DNA of 64,000 bases, taken from contig JBHLMG010000003.1 of the NCBI GenBank assembly GCA_048938385.1, positions 21,090-85,089 on the forward strand, given 5' to 3'. Below, in pieces: positions 9,315 to 18,681 of the stretch. A program made the translations under genes and the position numbers. Numbering within the stretch: the first letter of the stretch is position 1; every line of letters begins with the position of its first letter. The DNA is from Promethearchaeota archaeon (GTDB lineage: Archaea > Asgardarchaeota > Hermodarchaeia > Hermodarchaeales > Hermodarchaeaceae). The notes beneath the pieces were generated by a model, which was not told where the DNA came from, did not search any database, and was given only the letters and a program-made list of their open reading frames with translations.

Positions 9315-9467
9315 GGAGCATTGGGGGCCATGGCGGATTAGGCACCTCCGAAAAAGGACATATTGTCCTATTAGGACACAATTGGAGGGGAGAGGGAATG
9401 GTTTTCTAGGGGGGAGGGAAGTGCCAAGATCTTTCGCCAAACCCAATGTTCCCACATTAAGCGCTGA
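9315..9467. ncRNA. structured intergenic element, copy 1 of a dispersed hairpin family
   Basis: Nested stems GGAGCATTGGG/CCCAATGTTCC, TGGCGGA/TTCGCCA and GGCACCTCC/GGAAGTGCC. The 28 nt at 9389-9416 are identical to 41290-41317. Confidence 0.6.
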
Positions 9468-9598
9468 GTTGTGTTATTTAAAGAATTCCGTTGAGTTCTA
9501 CTTTAAAAAGCGTCAAACAATCAGAAAATGTTAAGGAGCTGAGTATCCCCCTAGATCAGGGAGGGTTGGTTTTTTGATGCTTTCATGACACAGAAGCG

Positions 9599-11065
9599 CT
9601 ATTCCAGGTCAAGAGCCTTCGGAATTGGGAGCATCGAATGGCGCTGATAGTAATCGTAGATGATTCTGAGAATTCCTGCCGCTTCAGCAATGTTCGAAAA
9701 TACAGGGAGATTCCCATTCCGAAATTGTTCACGGGTTGCTAAATTTTCATGTGGGTAGCCAATGGCAGGAACCGCGACAAAAAAGGGTTTGTGCAGGTTC
9801 TTCACACAATAGGTTCCTGCCTCGATCATCATGTCCCAGTAGGTTGTCGCCATCTCTTGCATATCCATGTGCTTGGCCATGAAGTTTACATAGTGAGGCG
9901 CAGCTTCGACTATGATCGCATCAATGTTCTTATCCTCAGCGACATGACGGATGGTTTGGACAGTAATGTCGGGGTAAAAATAACTGGAAGCCATGTCTAC
10001 CGGGTTCGTGATGTTCGTGCCCACCTTGTTGACGATTTTGCTCAAGGCATTAATAGTGTCGGAAGTTAGCTTGGGAATTTCGAATCCATATTCAGCTAAG
10101 GAATCAGTACCTGCCACGCCTGCACCACCGCTGATGGCAATCAGAGCCACCCGTTTCCCAGGCGGTGGTGGGCAGCGCATGAAGGTCACTATTGTGTTGA
10201 TGAGCACTTCAAAGCTATCGACGGAGACGGCACCGATTTGTCGGAGAAGCGCATGCCAGATATCTGTAGAGCCTGTTAGGGCTGCACTATGACTAGAAAC
10301 TGCTCTCTGCCCCGCTGGAGTGATACCCGATTTCCATACGATGATGGGTTTATCAGGAGCACACTTGGCAATGGCGTCGCGTAAGCGTGGTCCATCTCGC
10401 ACCCCTTCAATGTATATACCAATAACTTGGGTAGTGGGGTCTTGGTGGAGATACTCAACCAGTTCCCAACTACTGATGTCTCCCTCGTTGCCGTAACTGA
10501 ACACTTTACTCACACCAAGTTTGGTTTCTGTCACAGCTAAGTAGCAGTCGATGGCTTTACCCCCGGATTGGGAGATAAATCCTATTGGTCCAGGGTTTGG
10601 TTTGAGGTCTGGACGGAAGGAAAAGCCAGTCTCAGGGCAAGCTAGACCAATACAATTGGGACCAAAGGCTCGCATTGGACTTGCTCGAATTTTCGCCATA
10701 ATTTCTTGTTCCCGTTGGCGGCCTTCCTCTGTGCCTAGCTCTGAAAAACCGCTGGTGAAAATCGTGATGGCTTTCACATTCTTGGCAATGCATTCGTCAA
10801 TGACTTGTGACACTATCTGAGCAGGAACACGGATTACTGCATAGTCTAAAGGATCAGGAACCTCGCTTAGAGATTTATAGAACTTCAAACCGACCGCTTC
10901 GTCGATTTTCGGGTTCACGGGGTAGATTTTTCCTGGGAACCCATAGTTCAGGAATGACTTCAACCAGTAGAACCCTGCTTTTGGACTGGTGCCGATCAAG
11001 GCTACAGATTTTGAATGGATGAATTCGTCGAATTGCTTGAAAGTCTTGGCATCCATGGAGATCAC
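9599..11065 (-). CDS. acetate/acyl-CoA ligase (ADP-forming) alpha-subunit family
   Basis: CoA-binding N-terminus (SVALIGTS, IYPVNP), GPNCIG, ISQSG, SYGNE, phospho-His motif SSHSAAL, SGGAG, NPVD. Confidence 0.9.
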   Translation of the reverse strand: MISMDAKTFKQFDEFIHSKSVALIGTSPKAGFYWLKSFLNYGFPGKIYPVNPKIDEAVGLKFYKSLSEVPDPLDYAVIRVPAQIVSQVIDECIAKNVKAITIFTSGFSELGTEEGRQREQEIMAKIRASPMRAFGPNCIGLACPETGFSFRPDLKPNPGPIGFISQSGGKAIDCYLAVTETKLGVSKVFSYGNEGDISSWELVEYLHQDPTTQVIGIYIEGVRDGPRLRDAIAKCAPDKPIIVWKSGITPAGQRAVSSHSAALTGSTDIWHALLRQIGAVSVDSFEVLINTIVTFMRCPPPPGKRVALIAISGGAGVAGTDSLAEYGFEIPKLTSDTINALSKIVNKVGTNITNPVDMASSYFYPDITVQTIRHVAEDKNIDAIIVEAAPHYVNFMAKHMDMQEMATTYWDMMIEAGTYCVKNLHKPFFVAVPAIGYPHENLATREQFRNGNLPVFSNIAEAAGILRIIYDYYQRHSMLPIPKALDLE

Positions 11066-11188
11066 TGCTAAGTCTCGGTGTTGTCTAAAATGAAGGCTAG
11101 GGGTTTCTCCTATTTTACGATTCGGTCGTTCCGACTTCCAAAGCGATGTCTTACCTTGATCGATGTTTCCTTCTGATATCGATTCGCC

Positions 11189-11683
11189 TTAATCAGCTTT
11201 GAAGTATTGGGGAAGGGCTCGTGTGATTGCTTGCATAACGCCAACTCCAATGGCACAGATAATGGCGGTACTGGTCATGACCGTAATGACCCATAGGTAA
11301 AATGGTTGGAAGAAAAATACAGCCATCATAGCGGGAATACCTAATCCGATGGTCAAGGTTGGATACAACCAAGCGAGAAACCAGTGGGGACAGGTTTTCC
11401 GATTCGAAACTAATAACCCCGCCAACAAGTTCAATAGACTGCCGAATATAATGTCGATTGGACCAAAAAAGCTCAGCCAGTTGGCCAGTGCTCCACCAAT
11501 GAAGAGAGCTATGGCCATAGGCCAGCCAAAGATGAATGGGAAGGGTAGTAACATATCAGAGATTCGAAACTGAAAAAGGCCGTAGGCTATTGGTTGAATT
11601 AACCAGGTCAAGACTGTATAAACAGCGGCCATTATCGCCATTAATGCAATTTGTTGGACGAAATTTAGTTTAGCTTGTTGCAT
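11189..11683 (-). CDS. queT: QueT-family (queuosine/archaeosine precursor) transporter
   Basis: AIMAAVYTVLT..PIAYGLFQFRISD..G..LAN..FGPIDIIFGS signature, about 5 TM helices; AGGTGA RBS before ATG 11683. Confidence 0.8.
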   Translation of the reverse strand: MQQAKLNFVQQIALMAIMAAVYTVLTWLIQPIAYGLFQFRISDMLLPFPFIFGWPMAIALFIGGALANWLSFFGPIDIIFGSLLNLLAGLLVSNRKTCPHWFLAWLYPTLTIGLGIPAMMAVFFFQPFYLWVITVMTSTAIICAIGVGVMQAITRALPQYFKAD

Positions 11684-11755
11684 GTGAAATTCACCTAGCA
11701 CCCGGGATTTCTTTGTATGAGCGGAGCACGGTGCGAGGAACCCACCCGCTCAATC
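11684..11755 (-). promoter_or_regulatory. structured 5' leader of queT (riboswitch candidate)
   Basis: TTATAA at 11780-11775. 7-bp stem UGAGCGG/CCGCUCA, A-rich linker, and loop segments complementary to sequence just before the RBS. Confidence 0.4.
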
Positions 11756-11920
11756 ATCGGCAAGAGTTCTAACCTTATAACTCCTTTGCCAAGCAACCAG
11801 CATCCATAAAAAGGAGGAGCACCAGTTCATCGCCTCCTCCTATCTGTCGCTTCAAACAACCTTCTAGATAGAAAAGGAATAAGCTGCGGAGTTAATGCAT
11901 AGCAACGGTTGGGTGGTTCC

Positions 11921-13837
11921 TTGCCTGTTCACATCGAAGATGACCTGTTTTTTGATGAAAAAAATATCATCCGCAATCCTGATGACCAATGGTTCGCAGA
12001 ACACCTCAAACCATACTATGTGCAGACCATCGATGGACAATACCTCTTTGGTAACACACAAGCAGGCCGCCGACCCGATCGTGCCTTCTATCTCATTCCT
12101 GAAGGGTATAAACTCGGAAAAGATCAACCCAGCTTTGATCGAGAAATTGGACTAAAGCTATACGATGTGGTCCTTCAGTACATAAAGACGGCAAAAGTGA
12201 TTGTTCAAGATGGCATTCAAGGAGAGGGTGGTTATAAAACAGGACTCCGTGTTATTCTTAGTGTAAAAAACCTACATACCGCCTACATCACTTGGTTCGG
12301 TCGCCTCATGGTCTACCCACCTGAAGAGAACATGCAGATCCACTGTTGGAACTACATCGTCCAAGAACGCCTCCCTGACGAGGTGATTCGAGAGATTCAC
12401 TCTTTTTGGCCTGACTTTAATCCTGACGAACCCCTTACCCTTTATGATCTAACCCGGATGGAACAGGACCATCGTCGAGTCATGAGCTTGAGGGTGGATT
12501 ATTTTGGTGGGGCGTTCAAGAAACCCAACCTTACGATGGTTTGGAATCGGGGTGAAGCCGATGGGTGTATTTCCTATCATGCTGGTTGTACAAATAGTCG
12601 TGTGCTTAAAGGTCTCTCCGGCACTGGAAAAACCACGCTTACTGTTGGACCGCAACTTGAACAAGATGACGCTATTCTTGGATTACTCAAATACAATGCT
12701 ACATCCAGGGTAACCGAGGTTGAATTGATTGGACTTGAAGCTGCTTCCTATGCAAAAAGTGAAGGGCTCGTCCCCAATAGCCCTGAATGGCCCGGGCTTA
12801 TGAAATCGAAAACAATTCAACCTGATGGATCTCGACCAGTAGTTCTCGCCCAAAACATCGACTGCGAGGGCATTGAATATCGGATGGAGGAGATTGCAGG
12901 ATACTCTGTGAAAGTACCCCGGCCACTCGCTGGTCAAAAAGTAGGACATCTCCAACCTACAAGGTATGAACAATCGGGAACTACCAATGGGCGCTTTGTC
13001 TTCCGATTTTATGATTTGAATCCTGATTGGACACCCGGTTCACCCAAAAAGCTACTTACTGAAATGCTTTCATTTCGACGATTCGATATCTTTCCCCTAG
13101 TTGTTCGCATCACCGATCCTAACATGGCTGTAGCCCTTGATTCCGCCTGTGAATCCGTAATCACCTCTGCCATTGGTGGTAAAATTCCGGGAACCCGTGT
13201 CCGTTCCTATGCTGCAACGGATTTCATGGCCCGAGAACAAAGCCATCAGGCCATTTTAAAGTCTCAAATGTACAGAGATATGGATTTAGGGCTCAAGGGA
13301 AAACTTGTCTTCGCTATCGTCAATTCCGGATATATAGGTGAATATGACATTTCCGGAAACCAACACCGCCTTCTCGACGAAAAAGGACAACCTGTACCCA
13401 AAATCGACGAGGCAACAGGCAAACCTTACCTCAACGCTCAAGGAAAACCAGTTTACCAAGGACTTGGTGAAAAAATCAAAGTGAGCGATACGAAACTCCT
13501 TGTCCATCTCACAGAGAACCGATTAATTAACACCTGGCTTCCACATCCAGTGTTTGGTGATGCCTACCTCATTCCCGACCCTATTGAACTAGAAGAGACA
13601 CATGGACTAATTAATTACCGAAAACGCTTCAATCCGCTGCGCTTCTACACTGCAGAAGACTACCTAGCGTTCTGCCAACGCGATATCCATGAACGCACTA
13701 TCTATCTAAAAAATCTCTTCTCGGGACAATCAGACGCAGACAAACTTGAACCCATCATCAATACCTGGGCACAGATTGAGCTGCCCTCACCAAAGAAAAT
13801 TAAAATTTTCTACGATGACCACTTTGGCAAGATTTAA
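11921..13837 (+). CDS. divergent ATP-dependent phosphoenolpyruvate carboxykinase-like protein
   Basis: YFGGAFKK, YHAGC, P-loop GLSGTGKTTL, EQDD, SYAK and TNGR align with PckA motifs. TTG start follows GGTGG. Confidence 0.7.
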   Translation: MPVHIEDDLFFDEKNIIRNPDDQWFAEHLKPYYVQTIDGQYLFGNTQAGRRPDRAFYLIPEGYKLGKDQPSFDREIGLKLYDVVLQYIKTAKVIVQDGIQGEGGYKTGLRVILSVKNLHTAYITWFGRLMVYPPEENMQIHCWNYIVQERLPDEVIREIHSFWPDFNPDEPLTLYDLTRMEQDHRRVMSLRVDYFGGAFKKPNLTMVWNRGEADGCISYHAGCTNSRVLKGLSGTGKTTLTVGPQLEQDDAILGLLKYNATSRVTEVELIGLEAASYAKSEGLVPNSPEWPGLMKSKTIQPDGSRPVVLAQNIDCEGIEYRMEEIAGYSVKVPRPLAGQKVGHLQPTRYEQSGTTNGRFVFRFYDLNPDWTPGSPKKLLTEMLSFRRFDIFPLVVRITDPNMAVALDSACESVITSAIGGKIPGTRVRSYAATDFMAREQSHQAILKSQMYRDMDLGLKGKLVFAIVNSGYIGEYDISGNQHRLLDEKGQPVPKIDEATGKPYLNAQGKPVYQGLGEKIKVSDTKLLVHLTENRLINTWLPHPVFGDAYLIPDPIELEETHGLINYRKRFNPLRFYTAEDYLAFCQRDIHERTIYLKNLFSGQSDADKLEPIINTWAQIELPSPKKIKIFYDDHFGKI

Positions 13838-13845
13838 CAAGGAAC

Positions 13846-15120
13846 TTGGCACTAATCTTCAGTGTGCAATCTCGGCAACCTATCACTTATGCTCTTATTC
13901 TCCTTCTTGTACTAAGTAGCATATCCGGAGTCTTCGCTAGCACCTCTATGTGCCAAGCTTCCTTTGTTCAATCTGTAAATCTCAACCAACATATCCTTTG
14001 GCAATATTCCTACAGCGGTGTTTTACGCTTTATTGAAGTTAGTAGTGCAGAAGAAACAATTGCATTCGTAACAGGAATTGAACCTAGTACTCTCACTGTA
14101 TTAGACGGAGTGACTGGTCAATTTTTATGGGAGTTTCGGCCAACTGGTTTAGCTCCAGAAAACCGAACCATATCTGGACTCAGCCTGTCAGCCAACGGAG
14201 AATATCTCGTCATCGGAACAACAGGGGGTAGCATATACCTCTTTCATCGAAGCTCTTCAGAAATCGTCCAACATTGGCAAACCAATATTCCGATTACAGC
14301 TGTCGCTATCTCTGAACTAGGTACATTCATCGCCATCGCATTTGCTGGATATGTCTATTTTCTCAGTCGATTGGAAGGTACACCCCTTTGGGGAGAGATC
14401 TTAGCTAATCCGCCCTATATTGTTACCAACATGACAATGGATCGGAGTGGAACAAATCTCGCTGCTAGCACTACAGAGAATAAAATATACTTCTTGAGAA
14501 CTGGTGATGGCGTAATCCTCTGGGAGCGCCAAAACGATGTAAATACTACTACCTTAGAGCTCAACCCTGCAGGAACACTCCTATTCACCACAACTAGAAA
14601 TGACGCTGTTCTCTTTACTGAGGAAGGAGGGATTGTTCAACAGTTCCCTATAACTCCGCGCGTATTCACCTTTAGTGGCGATAGTAGCAAAATTGCGATT
14701 ATTTCGGTCAATACGGTGTATGTCTACAACACGCAACCGCCTACACATGAAAGCAATCGTACCTTTATCGAAACCCAAATTACCAGTCTAGCTTTCACCT
14801 TTGATGGAGGCATCCTCCTCCTAGGAACTCTGGAGAGTATTCAATATGCGCTAGAACCATCAAGCTTCAATGCGTTCTGGACATTACCACTCGGTGACCC
14901 AATCATTCAGTTGCTAACACCCGATATGGGGGATTTCTTTCTAGCCGCTACCACTACTACACTTATCGGATTACGAATTGCCAGTATCACAGGAGTCTTC
15001 ACCTCTCTACTTCCCCTTGTCTTGATCATCCTTACTTCCGCCGCATTGAGCATTCTCACTTTCTTATTGGTTCGCCCCAAACGACCCCGCAGATTACTTG
15101 TCACCGAAACGGATGAATAA
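13846..15120 (+). CDS. secreted WD40/PQQ-like beta-propeller protein with C-terminal membrane anchor
   Basis: N-terminal hydrophobic signal, repeats of the type SLSANGEYLVIGT/AISELGTFIAIA, C-terminal TM followed by RPKRPRR. Confidence 0.8.
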   Translation: MALIFSVQSRQPITYALILLLVLSSISGVFASTSMCQASFVQSVNLNQHILWQYSYSGVLRFIEVSSAEETIAFVTGIEPSTLTVLDGVTGQFLWEFRPTGLAPENRTISGLSLSANGEYLVIGTTGGSIYLFHRSSSEIVQHWQTNIPITAVAISELGTFIAIAFAGYVYFLSRLEGTPLWGEILANPPYIVTNMTMDRSGTNLAASTTENKIYFLRTGDGVILWERQNDVNTTTLELNPAGTLLFTTTRNDAVLFTEEGGIVQQFPITPRVFTFSGDSSKIAIISVNTVYVYNTQPPTHESNRTFIETQITSLAFTFDGGILLLGTLESIQYALEPSSFNAFWTLPLGDPIIQLLTPDMGDFFLAATTTTLIGLRIASITGVFTSLLPLVLIILTSAALSILTFLLVRPKRPRRLLVTETDE

Positions 15121-15157
15121 GCAGAAGTGATGAAACTCCATATTGGAGAATACCAAA

Positions 15158-15913
15158 ATGAATATCTACCGAACATTTGCTCAACTATACGCAACAGGTG
15201 ATTACCCACAGTATAGTGCGCGAATCGCTACGATACTACCCAAAGTGATGTCCTGGCTCGAAGTTACACCCCATACCCTGTTAGACCTAGCCTGTGGGGA
15301 AGGTACTTTTGTTGTTACCATGGCGAAGCAAGGCCTAGTTGTTACTGGTCTCGATCAATCTCCTGAAATGATTGCCTTGGCAAAAGAAAAAGCCGAAGAG
15401 GAAGGGGTTCAAGCAACATTCATCAGGGGCGATATGCGACGACTTGAGTTTTCTTCCAGTTTTGATTTTGTGACCTGCTGGTTTGACAGCCTGAATTATC
15501 TCCTCGAACTCGAAGATCTTGTAATCACATTTCAGGGTGTCGCAAACGCACTAACAGAAAAAGGGTTTTTCATCTTTGACTTGAACACGATATATTGGTT
15601 GGTCACCCTGGCACAACGCTATCCTTGCACCGTTGAGCGAGAAACTGAAGAGATCTTCCAAGTTCACCGCCACTCTTATAATTTTGAAACCAATATCGGC
15701 ACATTTCACATCACTGGGTTCATCAAAGAAAACGACCGCTGGCTTCGACGCGTGGATGAAACCCATAAAGAACGCGGCTACACCCTTGAAGAAGTTCGCC
15801 ATACAATCAAAAAGGCAGGACTCCAGGAGGTAGCATGCTGGGAAAACCTTGAAAACCAAACGCCTCATACTCCCCAAAGCCGGCGCGTATTCTTCATCAC
15901 GCAAAAAATCTAA
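15158..15913 (+). CDS. class I SAM-dependent methyltransferase
   Basis: LLDLACGEG, GLDQSPEMI, GDMR, FDSLNY. Confidence 0.9.
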   Translation: MNIYRTFAQLYATGDYPQYSARIATILPKVMSWLEVTPHTLLDLACGEGTFVVTMAKQGLVVTGLDQSPEMIALAKEKAEEEGVQATFIRGDMRRLEFSSSFDFVTCWFDSLNYLLELEDLVITFQGVANALTEKGFFIFDLNTIYWLVTLAQRYPCTVERETEEIFQVHRHSYNFETNIGTFHITGFIKENDRWLRRVDETHKERGYTLEEVRHTIKKAGLQEVACWENLENQTPHTPQSRRVFFITQKI

Positions 15914-15914
15914 A

Positions 15915-16258
15915 TTGATGCTGTGGAGTCCTGGCCGGTTCATAGCTTTTCCAAAGCCATTTCAGTATTTCTGGTAATGCGTCTTGATCCTTGGGGACAC
16001 CTCAACCCAATTCTTCACCACTCTGCCCTTGTATTCAAAGACGCTGGCACTCGGAATTTGAAATGCCTTAAACTGATCCTCTTCAAGTAGTTTCATCAGA
16101 ACCAAACCATCAGATACCAAGAAGCCAAAGAGCGTATCATCAACCGTGTAGCTGGGACAGCCAAACATGAGTTACTTTTTCACATCGCGTTTGTTAAACA
16201 ATCCCTTTTCTAAAGTTTCTCGCACTCTTTTCATTCGATCATCTGAATAGAGTCTCAT
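15915..16258 (-). pseudogene. TfoX-N-like protein pseudogene
   Basis: ATG 16258 reads MRLYS...DVKK*LMFGCPSY with an in-frame TAA at 16174-16172. An apparent frameshift near 15992 leads to a plausible tail (KDQDALPEILKWLWKSYE) in another frame. Confidence 0.6.
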
Positions 16259-16349
16259 GTCAATGACTCCAGGGATTTAGACGGATACCTTTAACAATTT
16301 GACGGCTAAAAGAAAACCTATCAAACGAATACCACCTGAAGGGATAACG

Positions 16350-17549
16350 ATGCAAATTCGCCCACTTACCACAGATGATATGCCTCAGGTCATCAAACTG
16401 CACCAATACGCCTATGGGTACTGGACAGACCAAGCCGTCCAAGAGGAAGAATACCACCACCTGATCCCTGAGGACAGCTGGGGAGTTTTTGACAATGGCA
16501 AACTCCAATCTGTCCTCACCATCATGAAAGCCCGACAAGCCATTCGAGGTGTGCTTAAACCTATGGGTGGGCTTCACATGGTGGGGAGTTATCCTGAGGT
16601 TCGGATGAAAGGCTATATTCGAACGCTCATGGAACGCGCCTTCACAGATATGCACGCCAGTGAAATAGCTGTAAGTATGCTCGAACCTTTTCGAGAGACC
16701 TTCTACGCCCGCTTTGGTTATGTTTCTGCCAATGATAAATTTCGCTTAACTGCCCCTCTCGAAGGTCTTCGGGTGCCAAAGAATGCTGAAATCGGAGACG
16801 ATTGGACCTTTGACCGAGTCGTCGGGTCAGAAGCCAAAGACTCCTATCTCCAATTCATCCAAGACCATGCGCTCTCTAAATACCACGGCTACGCTTTCAA
16901 CCCAACCATTAGCGACGCTGAATGGAATTATCGTAACAAGAATCGCCACTTCGTCTTCATTAAACATCAAGGCAAAATCCAAGCTCTTGCACGGTACCAA
17001 ATCAAGGGCTTTATGCACTTCAAGGAAGAAGGACAACTGATCATCGATGAAATGTACTGGCACACACTCAACGGTCAAGCTGCCTTGTTCCACTTTCTCG
17101 GAACCCATCGTGATCAAGTTAAAAAAATCCATTTACGCTTACCTTATGGAACTCACTTCCAACACTGGTTTGTCGACCTTTTGGATTGGATTGAAATCAA
17201 GGTCTGGAACCCCTGGATGGTTCGGCTCATCGAAATCAAAAACGCCCTCACAGGACTCCCCGCCCCCCTAGAGGGCGAATTCACTTTTACTCTCAAAGAT
17301 ACTCACTGCCCCTGGAACGATGGTACCTATGTCCTCCGTTCTGATGGAGAACGCCTTCAAATAGAGCCAACTTCGATGACCCCCACCCTGAAGTTGACTA
17401 TTGAAGGGCTCAGCGCGCTCATCTACGGCACTAATACAACTGACACCCTAGAATTTCAAGGCTGGATCAAAGGGCTCGATGATCAAACACGAATGCTGCT
17501 ACAACACTGGTTCCCACCCGTTCTCCTCTATAACCCCTATGAATTCTAG
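16350..17549 (+). CDS. Eis-like GNAT acetyltransferase with C-terminal SCP2-like domain
   Basis: VGSYPEVRMKGY, LEPFRETFYARFGY, WMVRLIE, DTHCPWNDG. Confidence 0.88.
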   Translation: MQIRPLTTDDMPQVIKLHQYAYGYWTDQAVQEEEYHHLIPEDSWGVFDNGKLQSVLTIMKARQAIRGVLKPMGGLHMVGSYPEVRMKGYIRTLMERAFTDMHASEIAVSMLEPFRETFYARFGYVSANDKFRLTAPLEGLRVPKNAEIGDDWTFDRVVGSEAKDSYLQFIQDHALSKYHGYAFNPTISDAEWNYRNKNRHFVFIKHQGKIQALARYQIKGFMHFKEEGQLIIDEMYWHTLNGQAALFHFLGTHRDQVKKIHLRLPYGTHFQHWFVDLLDWIEIKVWNPWMVRLIEIKNALTGLPAPLEGEFTFTLKDTHCPWNDGTYVLRSDGERLQIEPTSMTPTLKLTIEGLSALIYGTNTTDTLEFQGWIKGLDDQTRMLLQHWFPPVLLYNPYEF

Positions 17550-17662
17550 ACCAGTCACACTCCTATATACACTTTAGGTGTTATCGAAGATTTATTAGGC
17601 TCAAATTCTTCATAAGCTCACAAATCCTTACGAGTTCAAACATTCAACACGATGGGAGGTGA

Positions 17663-17941
17663 ATGAATATGTCAAACGAAACTGCAGGCACTTTAGCATT
17701 AATTGGTGGAATCATTAACCTCCTTGGAGGTCTTTTCATCGCGATTCTTCTATTCATTACAATCATCTTCATCCCTCTTGGAATATTGGTGCTTCTACTT
17801 GGGATTTTGCCGATCCAATGGCGTCACGACCCAGGCTCTCACCGAGTCGGATTAATCATCATCGGTATCCTCACCTTTTGGGCTATTGGTGGGATTTTCA
17901 TCCTCATCGCTGGCATTATTGCAGAAGAAGAAGCAGCTTAA
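17663..17941 (+). CDS. small integral membrane protein
   Basis: 3-4 hydrophobic segments; GGAGGTGA RBS. Confidence 0.75.
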   Translation: MNMSNETAGTLALIGGIINLLGGLFIAILLFITIIFIPLGILVLLLGILPIQWRHDPGSHRVGLIIIGILTFWAIGGIFILIAGIIAEEEAA

Positions 17942-18080
17942 TGAAATCAAGAGGAATTCATATCTCAAAGTCTTGCATGCGTCAGTTAACCACTCGGTAC
18001 ACCAACATTAATGTCCGTTATTGCCCAGGGAGACAATGTTTTATTCTTGGCATTCTGATAATGCTCGGAGGACGCGTACG

Positions 18081-18578
18081 ATGCCGACGGTTGTTGCTGT
18101 GTTGTTAAACAGCTTCGAGCTTGAAGCGAAACAGGCCAGATGCGTACTTAATGTCATAAACGAGGTGGACTTGAAGTACACACCAAAGAAGGGCATGCGG
18201 ACATTAGGCGAATTAGCTAATCATCTTGCCCAAATTCCCCTCCTAGATCCAAGCTTCTACGAAGGTGAAATTCACGATTTTGAACAAGCCCAGGCCCGAG
18301 AGAGAGACTTGAATCGGAACACGCTCCCTGACATCCTCGCTGTTTTCGACTCTGGCATCGTTGCCGTTAAGGATCGGTTCACTGGCATGTCAGAAGAGGA
18401 ATTCTTTGCGAAAACTCTCAAAGCTTTCTATGATCAAGGTCCGAAACGGAGTTGGGCAGAATACATGCCTGATATGATCACTCACATCGCTATGCATAAA
18501 ATGCAACTTTGGATGTATCTTAAACTCGCTGGGGCTCAGGTCAATATGATGACCTATTATGGTCATCACCCAGAATGA
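18081..18578 (+). CDS. DinB-family protein
   Basis: MRTLGELANHLA and HIAMHKMQLWMYLK; GGAGG RBS. Confidence 0.85.
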   Translation: MPTVVAVLLNSFELEAKQARCVLNVINEVDLKYTPKKGMRTLGELANHLAQIPLLDPSFYEGEIHDFEQAQARERDLNRNTLPDILAVFDSGIVAVKDRFTGMSEEEFFAKTLKAFYDQGPKRSWAEYMPDMITHIAMHKMQLWMYLKLAGAQVNMMTYYGHHPE

Positions 18579-18681
18579 CTAGATACTTTCGAGTTTAGTA
18601 GCTTTTTCCTAAAAATGGCTAAATGGGATTTCTGATAGAACAATCCGTTTTTCAATTGTTATAGGAAACTATGAGTTGGAC

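Noticed and set aside
9315-9467. Hairpin elements as protein-coding remnants (minus frame GTSLPPRKPFPL shared by both copies)
   Set aside because: The two conserved blocks are separated by 40 vs 20 nt, which breaks the frame, while base pairing is preserved. The peptide is kept only as a minor alternative.
11746-11755. Shared decamer GATTGAGCGG at the start of the queT and trpS leaders (also 59305-59314)
   Set aside because: Spacing from the TATA boxes differs and a single 10-mer match can arise by chance.
11812-11841. AGGAGGAG/CTCCTCCT inverted repeat upstream of the PEPCK-like gene
   Set aside because: A real 8-bp repeat, but low complexity and with no further evidence of function.
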